From the NCBI GenBank assembly GCA_046590295.1, contig JBKJTZ010000108.1:985-64984 (forward strand): a stretch of DNA of 64,000 nt, read 5' to 3'. A program made the translations under genes and the position numbers. The notes below the pieces were generated by a model. It searched no databases, had not been told where the DNA came from, and saw only the letters and a program-made list of their open reading frames with translations. Positions 55,470 to 64,000 of this stretch are shown here, in pieces. Numbering within the stretch: position 1 is the first letter of the stretch; the number at the start of each line of letters is the position of its first letter. This DNA comes from Lacunisphaera sp. (GTDB lineage: Bacteria > Verrucomicrobiota > Verrucomicrobiia > Opitutales > Opitutaceae).

Positions 55470-56399
55470 TCAGGACCGCCGCCCAGTGCACTGCCGCGCG
55501 ACCACCACGGCGCCCATTGCCAGCAATCCCGCCAACGCGGCATAGGTCGTGGGCTCGGGGATGGCCGAGGTGATGAAGCCGTTGTAGCTGGCGATGCTCG
55601 CGGAGAAGGTGGTATTGCCAATGACCGCCGTGGAGCCGGGCTGGTTCTCGAAGGCGGCAATCGCGCCCATGATGCCGGCGAGCTCCCAGCCCGATCCGTT
55701 GTTATAAAACGTGGCACCGCCCGAGTCGCCCGTGGCGCCCTGGGTGCGGCCGCCAACATTCTGGAAAGTGGTGTAGAAGGCGGCGGTGAGACCGGTGCCC
55801 ACGTTGTAGCTGGATACCCCTGTCACGCTGGCCTCGCCCCAGCGCCCACCGATGGATGCCGCCCAGAGATAACCGGCGGCGTTGCCGCCCGGCGTGCCAC
55901 CGAGATCGGTCCAGACGTCGTCACTGGCCCCGGGGTTCAACGTGACCGACCAGTAATTGGCCGCGCCCTCTACATTGCCCTTGGCGACGTAGGTGATGAG
56001 CGAGCCGTTGCCCGGCACGGTGGTGGCAAGCGTAAGATTGGACAGGCCGGGATCGGTGGAGACCCGGAACAGCGTCAAGTCGGTCGCGCTGTTGTCCCCG
56101 TTCCGCACGATGACGCCCGAGCCGGGCACATAGGTGAAAGTGCCGCTGTTCAGCACCAAGTTGCCGAGGCTGCTGCCGCTGCCGACCAGGTGCGAGACCG
56201 TGAGCGCCCAGTAGCCGCCCCCAAAACTGCCAAGGTAGACGCCCGAGGCGCCGTTGACGCTGCCGACATTGTTCCACGGCAGGCCTCCGCCGGGATTGGT
56301 GTTGTTGGCCGTGCCACTGCCGCCCACGATGACGAGGGCCCGGGCGGCGGGGGCGACCAGGAGGAGCGCGGCAAGTGCGATTGCAGCAGGGTTCCTCAC
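55470..56399 (-). CDS. Secreted trypsin-fold (S1-like) protein with C-terminal PEP-CTERM sorting domain
   Basis: It has the signal peptide MRNPAAIALAALLLVAPAARA. Candidate triad contexts are ALTVSHLV (His), TDLTLFRV (Asp) and GATGDSGGATF (Ser). The C-terminus AIPEPTTYAALAGLLAMGAVVVARQCTGRRS gives PEP, a TM segment and basic residues. Confidence 0.7.
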   Translation of the reverse strand: MRNPAAIALAALLLVAPAARALVIVGGSGTANNTNPGGGLPWNNVGSVNGASGVYLGSFGGGYWALTVSHLVGSGSSLGNLVLNSGTFTYVPGSGVIVRNGDNSATDLTLFRVSTDPGLSNLTLATTVPGNGSLITYVAKGNVEGAANYWSVTLNPGASDDVWTDLGGTPGGNAAGYLWAASIGGRWGEASVTGVSSYNVGTGLTAAFYTTFQNVGGRTQGATGDSGGATFYNNGSGWELAGIMGAIAAFENQPGSTAVIGNTTFSASIASYNGFITSAIPEPTTYAALAGLLAMGAVVVARQCTGRRS

Positions 56400-56408
56400 C
56401 GGGAAAAA

Positions 56409-57707
56409 TCAGGCGGCGTTCTTGCCGGACGTCTCACCGCGGCGGGGCTTCTTCAGCTGCGGCTTCCGGCGACCCTCGACGACGGCCTGGTCGATGACGA
56501 CCTCGACGACATCGTCGCGCTGCGGGAGATCATACATGACCTCGAGCATGATCTTCTCCAAGATGGCGCGCAGGGCGCGTGCGCCGGTCTTGAGCTCGAT
56601 CGCGCGCTTGGCGATGGCAACAATGGCGTCGCGGGTGAACTTCAGCTGCACGCCGTCCATCGCGAAAAGTTTGGAATACTGCTTCACCATCGCGTTTTTC
56701 GTCTTGAGGAGGACCTTCTCGAGGTCCTCCACCCGCAGCTGGTCGAGCACGGAGACGACGGGCAGGCGGCCGATGAACTCGGGGATCATGCCGAAGCGGA
56801 TGAGGTCCTCCGGGGCGACGCCCCGCATGATCTCATCGGGTGTCAGCTCGTGATCCTTTTCGTTGATGTGGAAACCGAGCGAACGCTGGCCGAGGCGCTT
56901 CTTGATCACTTCGTCGAGCCCGACGAAGGCGCCCCCGCAGATGAAAAGGATGTTCGAGGTGTTGACCTGGATGTATTCCTGATTGGGGTGCTTGCGCCCG
57001 CCCTGCGGCGGGACGTTGCAGGTGGTGCCCTCGAGGATCTTGAGCAGAGCCTGCTGCACGCCCTCGCCGGAGACGTCGCGGGTGATGGAGACGTTCTCCG
57101 TGGTGCGGCGGATCTTGTCGATCTCGTCGATGTAAATGATGCCGCACTCGGCCTTCTTCACGTCGTAGTTGGCGGACTGGAGGAGGCGGAGCACGACATT
57201 CTCGACGTCCTCCCCGACGTAGCCGGCCTCGGTGAGTGTGGTGGCGTCGGAGATGGCGAACGGCACCTCGAGGATCCGGGCGAGGGAGCGGGCCAGCAGG
57301 GTCTTGCCCGACCCGGTGGGGCCGACGAGCAGGATGTTGCTCTTCTCGACCTCGACGTCGGAGAACTCGGCGGGCATGGCCGTCGTGTCGCGGGTCTGGC
57401 CGGCGGCGTCGTAATTGAGACGCTTGTAATGGTTGTAGACGGCGACCGAGAGGACCTTCTTGGCGTGATCCTGGCCGATGACATGATCGTCGAGGACCTT
57501 CTTGATCTCCGCCGGCTTGACGAGGTGGAAGGCCGGCTTGGCGCCCTCGGCGGTGGCCGGGGTCTTCACCTCGCGGTCAATGATCGTCTTGCAGACGTTG
57601 ACGCAGGAGTCGCAGATGTAAACGCCCGGTCCCGCAATGATTTTGCGTACTTCCGCCTGCGATTTGCCGCAGAACGAGCAAAGGGTCATGCGTGACGATT
57701 TGGCCAT
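56409..57707 (-). CDS. clpX: ATP-dependent Clp protease ATP-binding subunit ClpX
   Basis: It has the zinc finger [26 protein letters not shown], Walker [21 protein letters not shown] and GARALR. Confidence 0.95.
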   Translation of the reverse strand: MAKSSRMTLCSFCGKSQAEVRKIIAGPGVYICDSCVNVCKTIIDREVKTPATAEGAKPAFHLVKPAEIKKVLDDHVIGQDHAKKVLSVAVYNHYKRLNYDAAGQTRDTTAMPAEFSDVEVEKSNILLVGPTGSGKTLLARSLARILEVPFAISDATTLTEAGYVGEDVENVVLRLLQSANYDVKKAECGIIYIDEIDKIRRTTENVSITRDVSGEGVQQALLKILEGTTCNVPPQGGRKHPNQEYIQVNTSNILFICGGAFVGLDEVIKKRLGQRSLGFHINEKDHELTPDEIMRGVAPEDLIRFGMIPEFIGRLPVVSVLDQLRVEDLEKVLLKTKNAMVKQYSKLFAMDGVQLKFTRDAIVAIAKRAIELKTGARALRAILEKIMLEVMYDLPQRDDVVEVVIDQAVVEGRRKPQLKKPRRGETSGKNAA

Positions 57708-57779
57708 GCTGCTATATCGGCGTTTGCCGGACGTTAGTCGAGGGATTTTCCCGGCCTAGCCTGGGCCGCCCACAACCGC

Positions 57780-58396
<617 letters not shown>

Positions 58397-58400
<4 letters not shown>

Positions 58401-59719
58401 GCTTTGGCTGTGGCCGTCTTCACGGTAGCCTGGCCGACCAGAAAATCAAGGGCCTTGTCGAAGAGGATCTGCTGCTGGATGGCGCGGAGCTGCTCCCGGT
58501 CCTTGCCGAGGTCCTTGGCGATCTTGTCCGGCTTCTGGCTGGAGCGCATCGCCTCGCGCATGATCCAGTTGTTGAAATCCTTCTCCTCGACCTTGAGTTT
58601 CTCGACGTCGGCGATCTTGGCGAGCATGAGCTGCACCTTCACCCGGGCCACGGCGGCCTTGGTGGCGCTGTCGTGGAGTTCCTGCTTGTTCTTCTCGAAG
58701 TCCTCCTGCGGGACGCCGCGGCGCATGTTTTCCTCGATGAACTGGCGGAGGACGCCATCGCGCTCGGAGGCGATGAGGCTGTCGGGCACGGGGAAATTGG
58801 CCTGCGCCACGAGGGCGTCGGTGACCTGGCGGCGTTGCGCGGCGCGATTTTCGTATTCCTTGCGCATTTTCAGGTTGGCGCGGACCGAGGTCTGGAGACC
58901 GGCGAGGTCGTCGGCCTGGTTGGCCTTGAAGAAGGCCTCGTCCATCTTGGGCAGCACGCGTTCGCGGACTTCCTGGATTTCGATGGCGTAGCTGGCCGTC
59001 TTGCCGGCCAGGGCCGGCACGGCGGCGAACTCCGCCGGGAAGCTGATGGCGACATCCTTCTTGTCCCCGGTCTTCAGGCCGGCGATTTGCCTGGACATGC
59101 CGGGCAGCAGGCCTTCGTTGGCGCCCTCGACCTCTTCCCACGTCTGCGGGGCGGTGGCATAGATGGCCTTGTCGGCGACGAGTTCGGTCATCGGCTGGCC
59201 GTCGAGCGTGCCGGTGTAGCCGAAGCGGACATAGTCGCCCTTCGCGGCGGCGCGTTCGGCGACCTTGAAATCGGCGCGCTCGGACCGGAGGCCCTCGATC
59301 ACGGTGGCGACCTCGGCCTCTGTCGGCTCGGTTGGCTGGGTCTCGGTGGTGATGGCGTGGTAGTCAGGTAGCTTAAAATCGGGGCGCACGTCCACGGTCA
59401 GCTTGATGGCGGCGGAGAGGCCCGGCTCGATCGTGCCTTCCTCGACATCGACGAGCGAGAGCACCTCAAGTTTGGACTGGTCGAGGCCGTCGCGATAGGC
59501 CTTGCCGATGACCTTCTGCTTGAACTCGTCCTGGATGGCCTTGCCGAAGCGCTTGGCCACCATCGCGGCCGGGGCTTTGCCGGGCCGGAAACCGGGCAGG
59601 CTGACCTGCTTGGTGATTTCGCCGAGCACGGCGTTGTATTCTCCATCCACCTCGCTCTTGTCGAGGGTGACGGTCAGCGTTTTGCGGGTCTCGTTGATAT
59701 CGGATATTTGGACGTTCAC
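58397..59719 (-). CDS. tig: Trigger factor
   Basis: The ribosome-binding loop GFRPGKAP is present, with a PPIase-like middle domain and C-terminal arms. ATGA-type overlap with clpP. Confidence 0.9.
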
Positions 59720-59862
59720 GGCTTGAAAATTCGGGCTGGTTTCTGAGTGGAAAAGGGGCAGAGGTAAGTCACCCCTGCAGGCCCGGTCAAGGCCTCATTC
59801 AAACCGCAGCCCGGCGAATCCCGCTTGGACTTTTGGCCGGTAGCACCCAAAGTGCCGGCCCG

Positions 59863-60543
59863 ATGGCCACTCTAGCCCAACTCCTTGCGCAGCACCGCCG
59901 TATCCTCGTGCTCGACGCGGCTTCCACCCGGACGCAGGCCGGTCTGCTGGGAGCGGGAATCCCGGCAGTCTGGCAAAGCAGCGACCAGGAGGCCGGCACC
60001 GGGATCTTCAACCTCACGGCGGCGGTCCTGCAGTCGGCCGGAGTCAAATTGGACGACATCGCCGCGTTTGTTTTTTGTGCTGGTCCGGGCTCGATGCTCG
60101 GCACGCGGACCATCGCCATGGCGCTGCGCACCTGGCAGGTCCTGCGGCCGCGACCCGCCTACGCCTACCAAAGTCTGGCGGTCGCCGGGCGGCTCGCGTG
60201 GACGGAGCGGCCGCGCGCCATTGCCATCATCGCCGATGCGAGGCGCGACACCTGGCATGTGCAGGCGGTCGGCCCGGATGGCGTGCAGCCGGCGCTGCGA
60301 CGCGTGGCGGTCGCGGAACTGCCCACCGGGGAACTGGTCACCCCGGAAAATTTCCGCACCTGGGCCCAGCCGCCGCGCGAGACCGGCCGGTGCAGCTTCG
60401 ACCTCGCGAAGATTTTCCCGGCGGTCGGTGACGGGGATTTTTTCCACCCGGCGGAAGCACCCGATGCCTTCCAACACACGGCCCCCGACTACAAGAAATG
60501 GTCCGCGCAGTTGCATAGCGCGGCGAGCGCGCCCGCGCGGTGA
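59863..60543 (+). CDS. tsaB: tRNA t6A biosynthesis protein TsaB (YeaZ-like)
   Basis: ORF 59833..60543 trimmed to ATG 59863. ILVLDAASTRTQAGLL...FCAGPGSMLGTRTIAMALRTW matches the TsaB GPGSFTG-LR motif region. The sequence is divergent. Confidence 0.6.
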   Translation: MATLAQLLAQHRRILVLDAASTRTQAGLLGAGIPAVWQSSDQEAGTGIFNLTAAVLQSAGVKLDDIAAFVFCAGPGSMLGTRTIAMALRTWQVLRPRPAYAYQSLAVAGRLAWTERPRAIAIIADARRDTWHVQAVGPDGVQPALRRVAVAELPTGELVTPENFRTWAQPPRETGRCSFDLAKIFPAVGDGDFFHPAEAPDAFQHTAPDYKKWSAQLHSAASAPAR

Positions 60544-61691
60544 GCGCCTCCGCCCAATTGCCACGCCGCTGCTGGGTTGAGATCGACCTCGCCGCCCTCG
60601 AGCGCAACCTGCGGCTCATCCGCGCCTCGCTGCCGCCGGCGATCAAGTATGTCGCCGTGGTGAAGGCCGACGCCTACGGCCACGGCCTGCCGCAGGTCGC
60701 CGCCCGGCTGATGCACGCGGGGGCGGACCTCTTTGCCGTCGCCAACATCGCCGAGGCCATGGCACTGCGCGAATTGAGCGCCGACTGGCCGATTTTGCTG
60801 CTGAGCCCGGTGCTGCCCGACGAGGACCGTTACCTCCCCGCGCACGATCTCGCCGCCACCGTCTCGTCGGCCGGGGAAGTCGCGCGGTTTGACGCCATCG
60901 GGCGCGCGACCGGGCGGCCGGTGGCCGTGCACCTGAAAATCGACACCGGCATGGGCCGGCTCGGCGTGTGGCACGAGCAGACCCGTGGCGTCTATGAGCA
61001 GATCCGCGCCGCGGCCGGAGTGCGGCTGGCCGGCGTGTTCACCCATTCCTCCAGCGCGGACGAGGACCCGGCGTTCACGGCCGAACAGCGGCGGATATTC
61101 CTCGCCACGCTCGCCAACCTGCCCGGCCTTGATCCCGCCGGACTTCTCATCCACGCCGACAACAGCGCAGGTCTGGAGACAACGCCCGGGCAAAGTGTGT
61201 TCAACGCCGTGCGCGTGGGCCTGCTGCAATTCGGCATCCTCCCCCACCCCCACTCGCTGCTCGCCCGGGTGCACACCGAGCCGGTCTTCAGTTTCCATGC
61301 GCGGGTCGGATTGGTCAAACAGCTGCCGACCGGCACCGGCATCAGCTATGGGCAAACCTTCCGCCTCCCGCGCCCCTCGACCGTTGGCATTGTCACCGCC
61401 GGCTACGGCGACGGTCTCGCCCTGGCCAGCAGCAACCGGGCGCAGGTGCTCATCAACGGGCTACGCTGCCCCGTGCTGGGCCGGATCACGATGGACCAGA
61501 CAGTGGTCGACCTCACCGACCAGCCGGGCAGCGTCGCGTGCGGGGACCCGGTTGTGTTGGTGGGGCGCCAAGGCGGGGCGGAAATCAGTGTCACGGAGTT
61601 CAGTGGTTGGGCGGAATCCATTCCCTGGGAAACACTCTGCTCGGTGACCAAGCGCGTTCCGAGGATATACCGAACCCCTCTGGGCCTCTAG
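60540..61691 (+). CDS. alr: Alanine racemase
   Basis: GTG start. The PLP-lysine motif is AVVKADAYGHG. It also has IDTGMGRLG, YGQTF and GYGDG. Confidence 0.9.
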   Translation: MSASAQLPRRCWVEIDLAALERNLRLIRASLPPAIKYVAVVKADAYGHGLPQVAARLMHAGADLFAVANIAEAMALRELSADWPILLLSPVLPDEDRYLPAHDLAATVSSAGEVARFDAIGRATGRPVAVHLKIDTGMGRLGVWHEQTRGVYEQIRAAAGVRLAGVFTHSSSADEDPAFTAEQRRIFLATLANLPGLDPAGLLIHADNSAGLETTPGQSVFNAVRVGLLQFGILPHPHSLLARVHTEPVFSFHARVGLVKQLPTGTGISYGQTFRLPRPSTVGIVTAGYGDGLALASSNRAQVLINGLRCPVLGRITMDQTVVDLTDQPGSVACGDPVVLVGRQGGAEISVTEFSGWAESIPWETLCSVTKRVPRIYRTPLGL

Positions 61692-61781
61692 CCGGCCCGC
61701 GCAAAAAATCAGCCCAGGGAGGCCGCTTCGCCTCATCCCGGGCCGTTTTCGCCGCTGAACAGGATCAACCGTGTCCGTCCA

Positions 61782-63584
61782 TCACTGGGTGTTCAGTTCC
61801 TTGGTGCCGATCAGCTGCAAGGTACCCGACGCCGAGGAATAAACCTCGATCTGATAGCTGTGCGTGCCGTTGGCGGTGTCAAAGTTCAGGTGATACATAT
61901 GCCCGGTGATCGCATACTCCTTCGGGTTCGGGCTGCCGGTGCCGTAGGGATAAATCACCGGGTTAGAGTGCGAGCCGTTTTGGAAGACTTCGTAGATCGC
62001 AATCAGGATGGTCTTGTCCTCGACAAATTTACCGCGGCATTCGAGGGTGAATTTGATCGGCATATGCGACCCCCCATGGATCGTCTTATTCAGGGAAATC
62101 GGCGGGAGCCAATTGATGTCGGCGCAAATCGGGATATTGATTACATTCACCGTGAACGAGGTCGCGGCGGACGCCATGGCGCCACCGCTATTGGTTACCT
62201 TGACGGCAATGGTATGCGGGCCACCTGATGTGTAGCTCAACGATCCCGTCGCGGAGATTCCGGCGGTGCCCAGTCCGGTGATGACCGGAAGATTGGTCAC
62301 GGGGACCCCATCGACGGTAACGACCGCCGAGGTAATGGTCCCAAACGACGTCGCTCCCTGAAAACTATAGTTGACGATGGTTGCTGGATCACCGCTATCA
62401 CGAGTAAAGGTAGCGCCATTAGCCGGGGTAAGAATCGTGACCGTGGGAGCCGGGAACAAGCCCGCAACCGTGAACGGGACTGTCACCGGCACGGCAGAAC
62501 CAAAAGCGTTGGCCGCGCTAAAAACAAGCGTGTGGCTGCCGGTAGCCGCGACCGTGAGCGAGGCGCTGCCGGTGGCCGTGTTCGAGCCACCAACGCCGCT
62601 CGTGCTGAGGGCGATGGGCAGTCCATCCAATGTGGCGGAAAGGGAGGTGATATTGCCATAAACCCCCGTGGCAGAAAAACTGACGGGCACCGAGGCTCCG
62701 GCTCCACCCAAGGTGTAGCTGAAGGTGGAATTGGCGGCGGGAGAAGCCACCGTGATGACCGGCGGCGGCGCCACGACCACCACCGTGAACGTCGAGTTGG
62801 CAAAGCTGGTGCCAAAGCGGTTGGTCGCGGCAACGTTTACCGTGTAGCTGCCTGGGGCAGTCAAATTGATTGAACCGGTCGCCGTCGCCGAGCTCGAGGG
62901 AAGCGGACTGGACGTAAGCGCCACCGAAAGCGTTCCCGTCGGCCCGCTGACCGTCGCCAGCATGGTATCGATCGGCTGCCCACCACTGCCCACGGTGGCG
63001 GAAAATCCGACTGGCACGGAAACGGGCAATCCTGTGGCCGGTTGGTATGTGTAGACCGTGCCCGCAACGGGTGAGTTAAGCGTGATCGACGGAGGTGATA
63101 CATCCGTCGTTCCCGGGGGTAGGGCAATGGCGTTAACCGTGGCGCCGGCATCAGTAATAGTACCCCTGTCCGTGGGCCAGCCGTCCGGCAAAATCTTGTA
63201 GGCGTAATTGCCGGCATAATTACCCAAGGGCACCGAAACAGTCACCAATGTCGCAAGTTGGTGGTTTGGTCCGGTGAAAGTCAGAGTTGCCGGAACGACG
63301 GTGATAAAGCCAAGCGCTTGGCCATCCGTCACGCCCGTGGCCGGTTTCGACAAAACGGTGGTACCCAAATTGATCGTCCATTGAACACCAGGGCTCAGGT
63401 TTGAGGGCGATTTAATTGTCAGCGAATATTGTTCAAAGAGCGGCTGGTTGCCTTCGACGACTTTCTCCTGGGGATTATATTGCACCGGCGAAGGATACCC
63501 CGGAGGAGTCGGTTGCCCAACTGACAGGACTGCGGAAAACAAAATGGCCGAGAGAATCCGGACCCGTTTTGAAAATTTTGTCAT
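61782..63584 (-). CDS. Secreted protein with three tandem Ig-like repeats of about 105 aa and a distinct C-terminal domain
   Basis: It has the signal peptide MTKFSKRVRILSAILFSAVLSVG. The repeats begin PPSITLNSPVAGTVYTY.., PPPVITVASPAANSTFSY.. and PAPTVTILTPANGATFTR.., each ending ..FTV. G+C looks lower than the window average. Confidence 0.65.
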   Translation of the reverse strand: MTKFSKRVRILSAILFSAVLSVGQPTPPGYPSPVQYNPQEKVVEGNQPLFEQYSLTIKSPSNLSPGVQWTINLGTTVLSKPATGVTDGQALGFITVVPATLTFTGPNHQLATLVTVSVPLGNYAGNYAYKILPDGWPTDRGTITDAGATVNAIALPPGTTDVSPPSITLNSPVAGTVYTYQPATGLPVSVPVGFSATVGSGGQPIDTMLATVSGPTGTLSVALTSSPLPSSSATATGSINLTAPGSYTVNVAATNRFGTSFANSTFTVVVVAPPPVITVASPAANSTFSYTLGGAGASVPVSFSATGVYGNITSLSATLDGLPIALSTSGVGGSNTATGSASLTVAATGSHTLVFSAANAFGSAVPVTVPFTVAGLFPAPTVTILTPANGATFTRDSGDPATIVNYSFQGATSFGTITSAVVTVDGVPVTNLPVITGLGTAGISATGSLSYTSGGPHTIAVKVTNSGGAMASAATSFTVNVINIPICADINWLPPISLNKTIHGGSHMPIKFTLECRGKFVEDKTILIAIYEVFQNGSHSNPVIYPYGTGSPNPKEYAITGHMYHLNFDTANGTHSYQIEVYSSASGTLQLIGTKELNTQ

Positions 63585-64000
63585 TGGGGAAAGGTAGCTT
63601 GCGGGGGTTGCAGTTGGCTAACTGATTGCATTAAAGGAGAAATCGATGGACCGAGTCAACCGTTTTTAGGTATAAATACCCATATCAAGTGGAATATCCC
63701 TCAAAAAACGTGCCTGACGCGCACTGTTCGTTGCGGATAAAATCCCGCTATCACTTCATAAAAATATCTCGTTTATATGTATATTGCAGATGCTTACGTT
63801 TAATTAGATGGAATAGACTGACTTCGTTGTGTCGTTAAAATGAGCGCCCTCGATTATCATTGCCGCACCATTGCTATGTCCTTTGTGAAGGTCATTGATT
63901 GACAATAGGTATTTACACCTATTTACTAATCTTGGTCACAGAAAGACTGCCCTTCATGTCTACAGGCTCCGACCAGCCGATTCAAATTCAAAGGAACAAC

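Noticed and set aside
63840-63902. A 20-codon ORF (MSALDYHCRTIAMSFVKVID) in the AT-rich spacer, and the 15-codon start of a plus-strand ORF at 63956.
   Set aside because: The mini-ORF has no supporting signal beyond being open. The 63956 ORF is plausible but only 45 nt are visible, so it is mentioned in a finding and not annotated.

Overview
High-G+C bacterial chromosomal segment. PEP-CTERM usage and gene content suggest Verrucomicrobiota/Opitutaceae, but that is an unverified guess. Three blocks are visible. (1) 1-20.1 kb is housekeeping or mixed: xerC/D-like 5' part, mazG, trpC, rsmA, oligopeptidase B, isoaspartyl peptidase, GH27 alpha-galactosidase, a Na+/solute symporter, an SftH-like DExH helicase, a decayed IS110-family transposase, tRNA-Gly(CCC), recR and ybaB. 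(2) 20.2-54.2 kb is one uninterrupted plus-strand glycan-assembly locus of about 30 genes. It starts with an AsnB-family amidotransferase and holds about 13 glycosyltransferases, Wzm/Wzt ABC exporter genes, five FkbM-type methyltransferase paralogs plus one more methyltransferase-like gene, a GT11 fucosyltransferase, a NodU/CmcH carbamoyltransferase, two hexapeptide acyltransferases, three polytopic membrane proteins (one frameshifted) and a polyprenyl-phosphate sugar phosphotransferase. Many genes are joined by ATGA/TGATG/GTGA overlaps. (3) 54.2-64 kb holds an M42 peptidase, a trypsin-fold protein with a PEP-CTERM anchor directly after clpX, clpP, tig, tsaB, alr, a lower-G+C Ig-repeat secreted protein and an AT-rich intergenic region. 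I see no CRISPR array, rRNA gene, recognisable defence system or prophage. The items most worth follow-up are the four-helix-bundle (23S-IVS/Avd-type) gene cassette wedged between wzm and wzt with long inverted-repeat flanks, the hybrid and heavily decorating architecture of the glycan locus, a REP-like double hairpin with a compensatory stem change, and the IS110 relic with large palindromes. Every family assignment comes from motif recognition by eye. No database search was run, and G+C statements are visual estimates.
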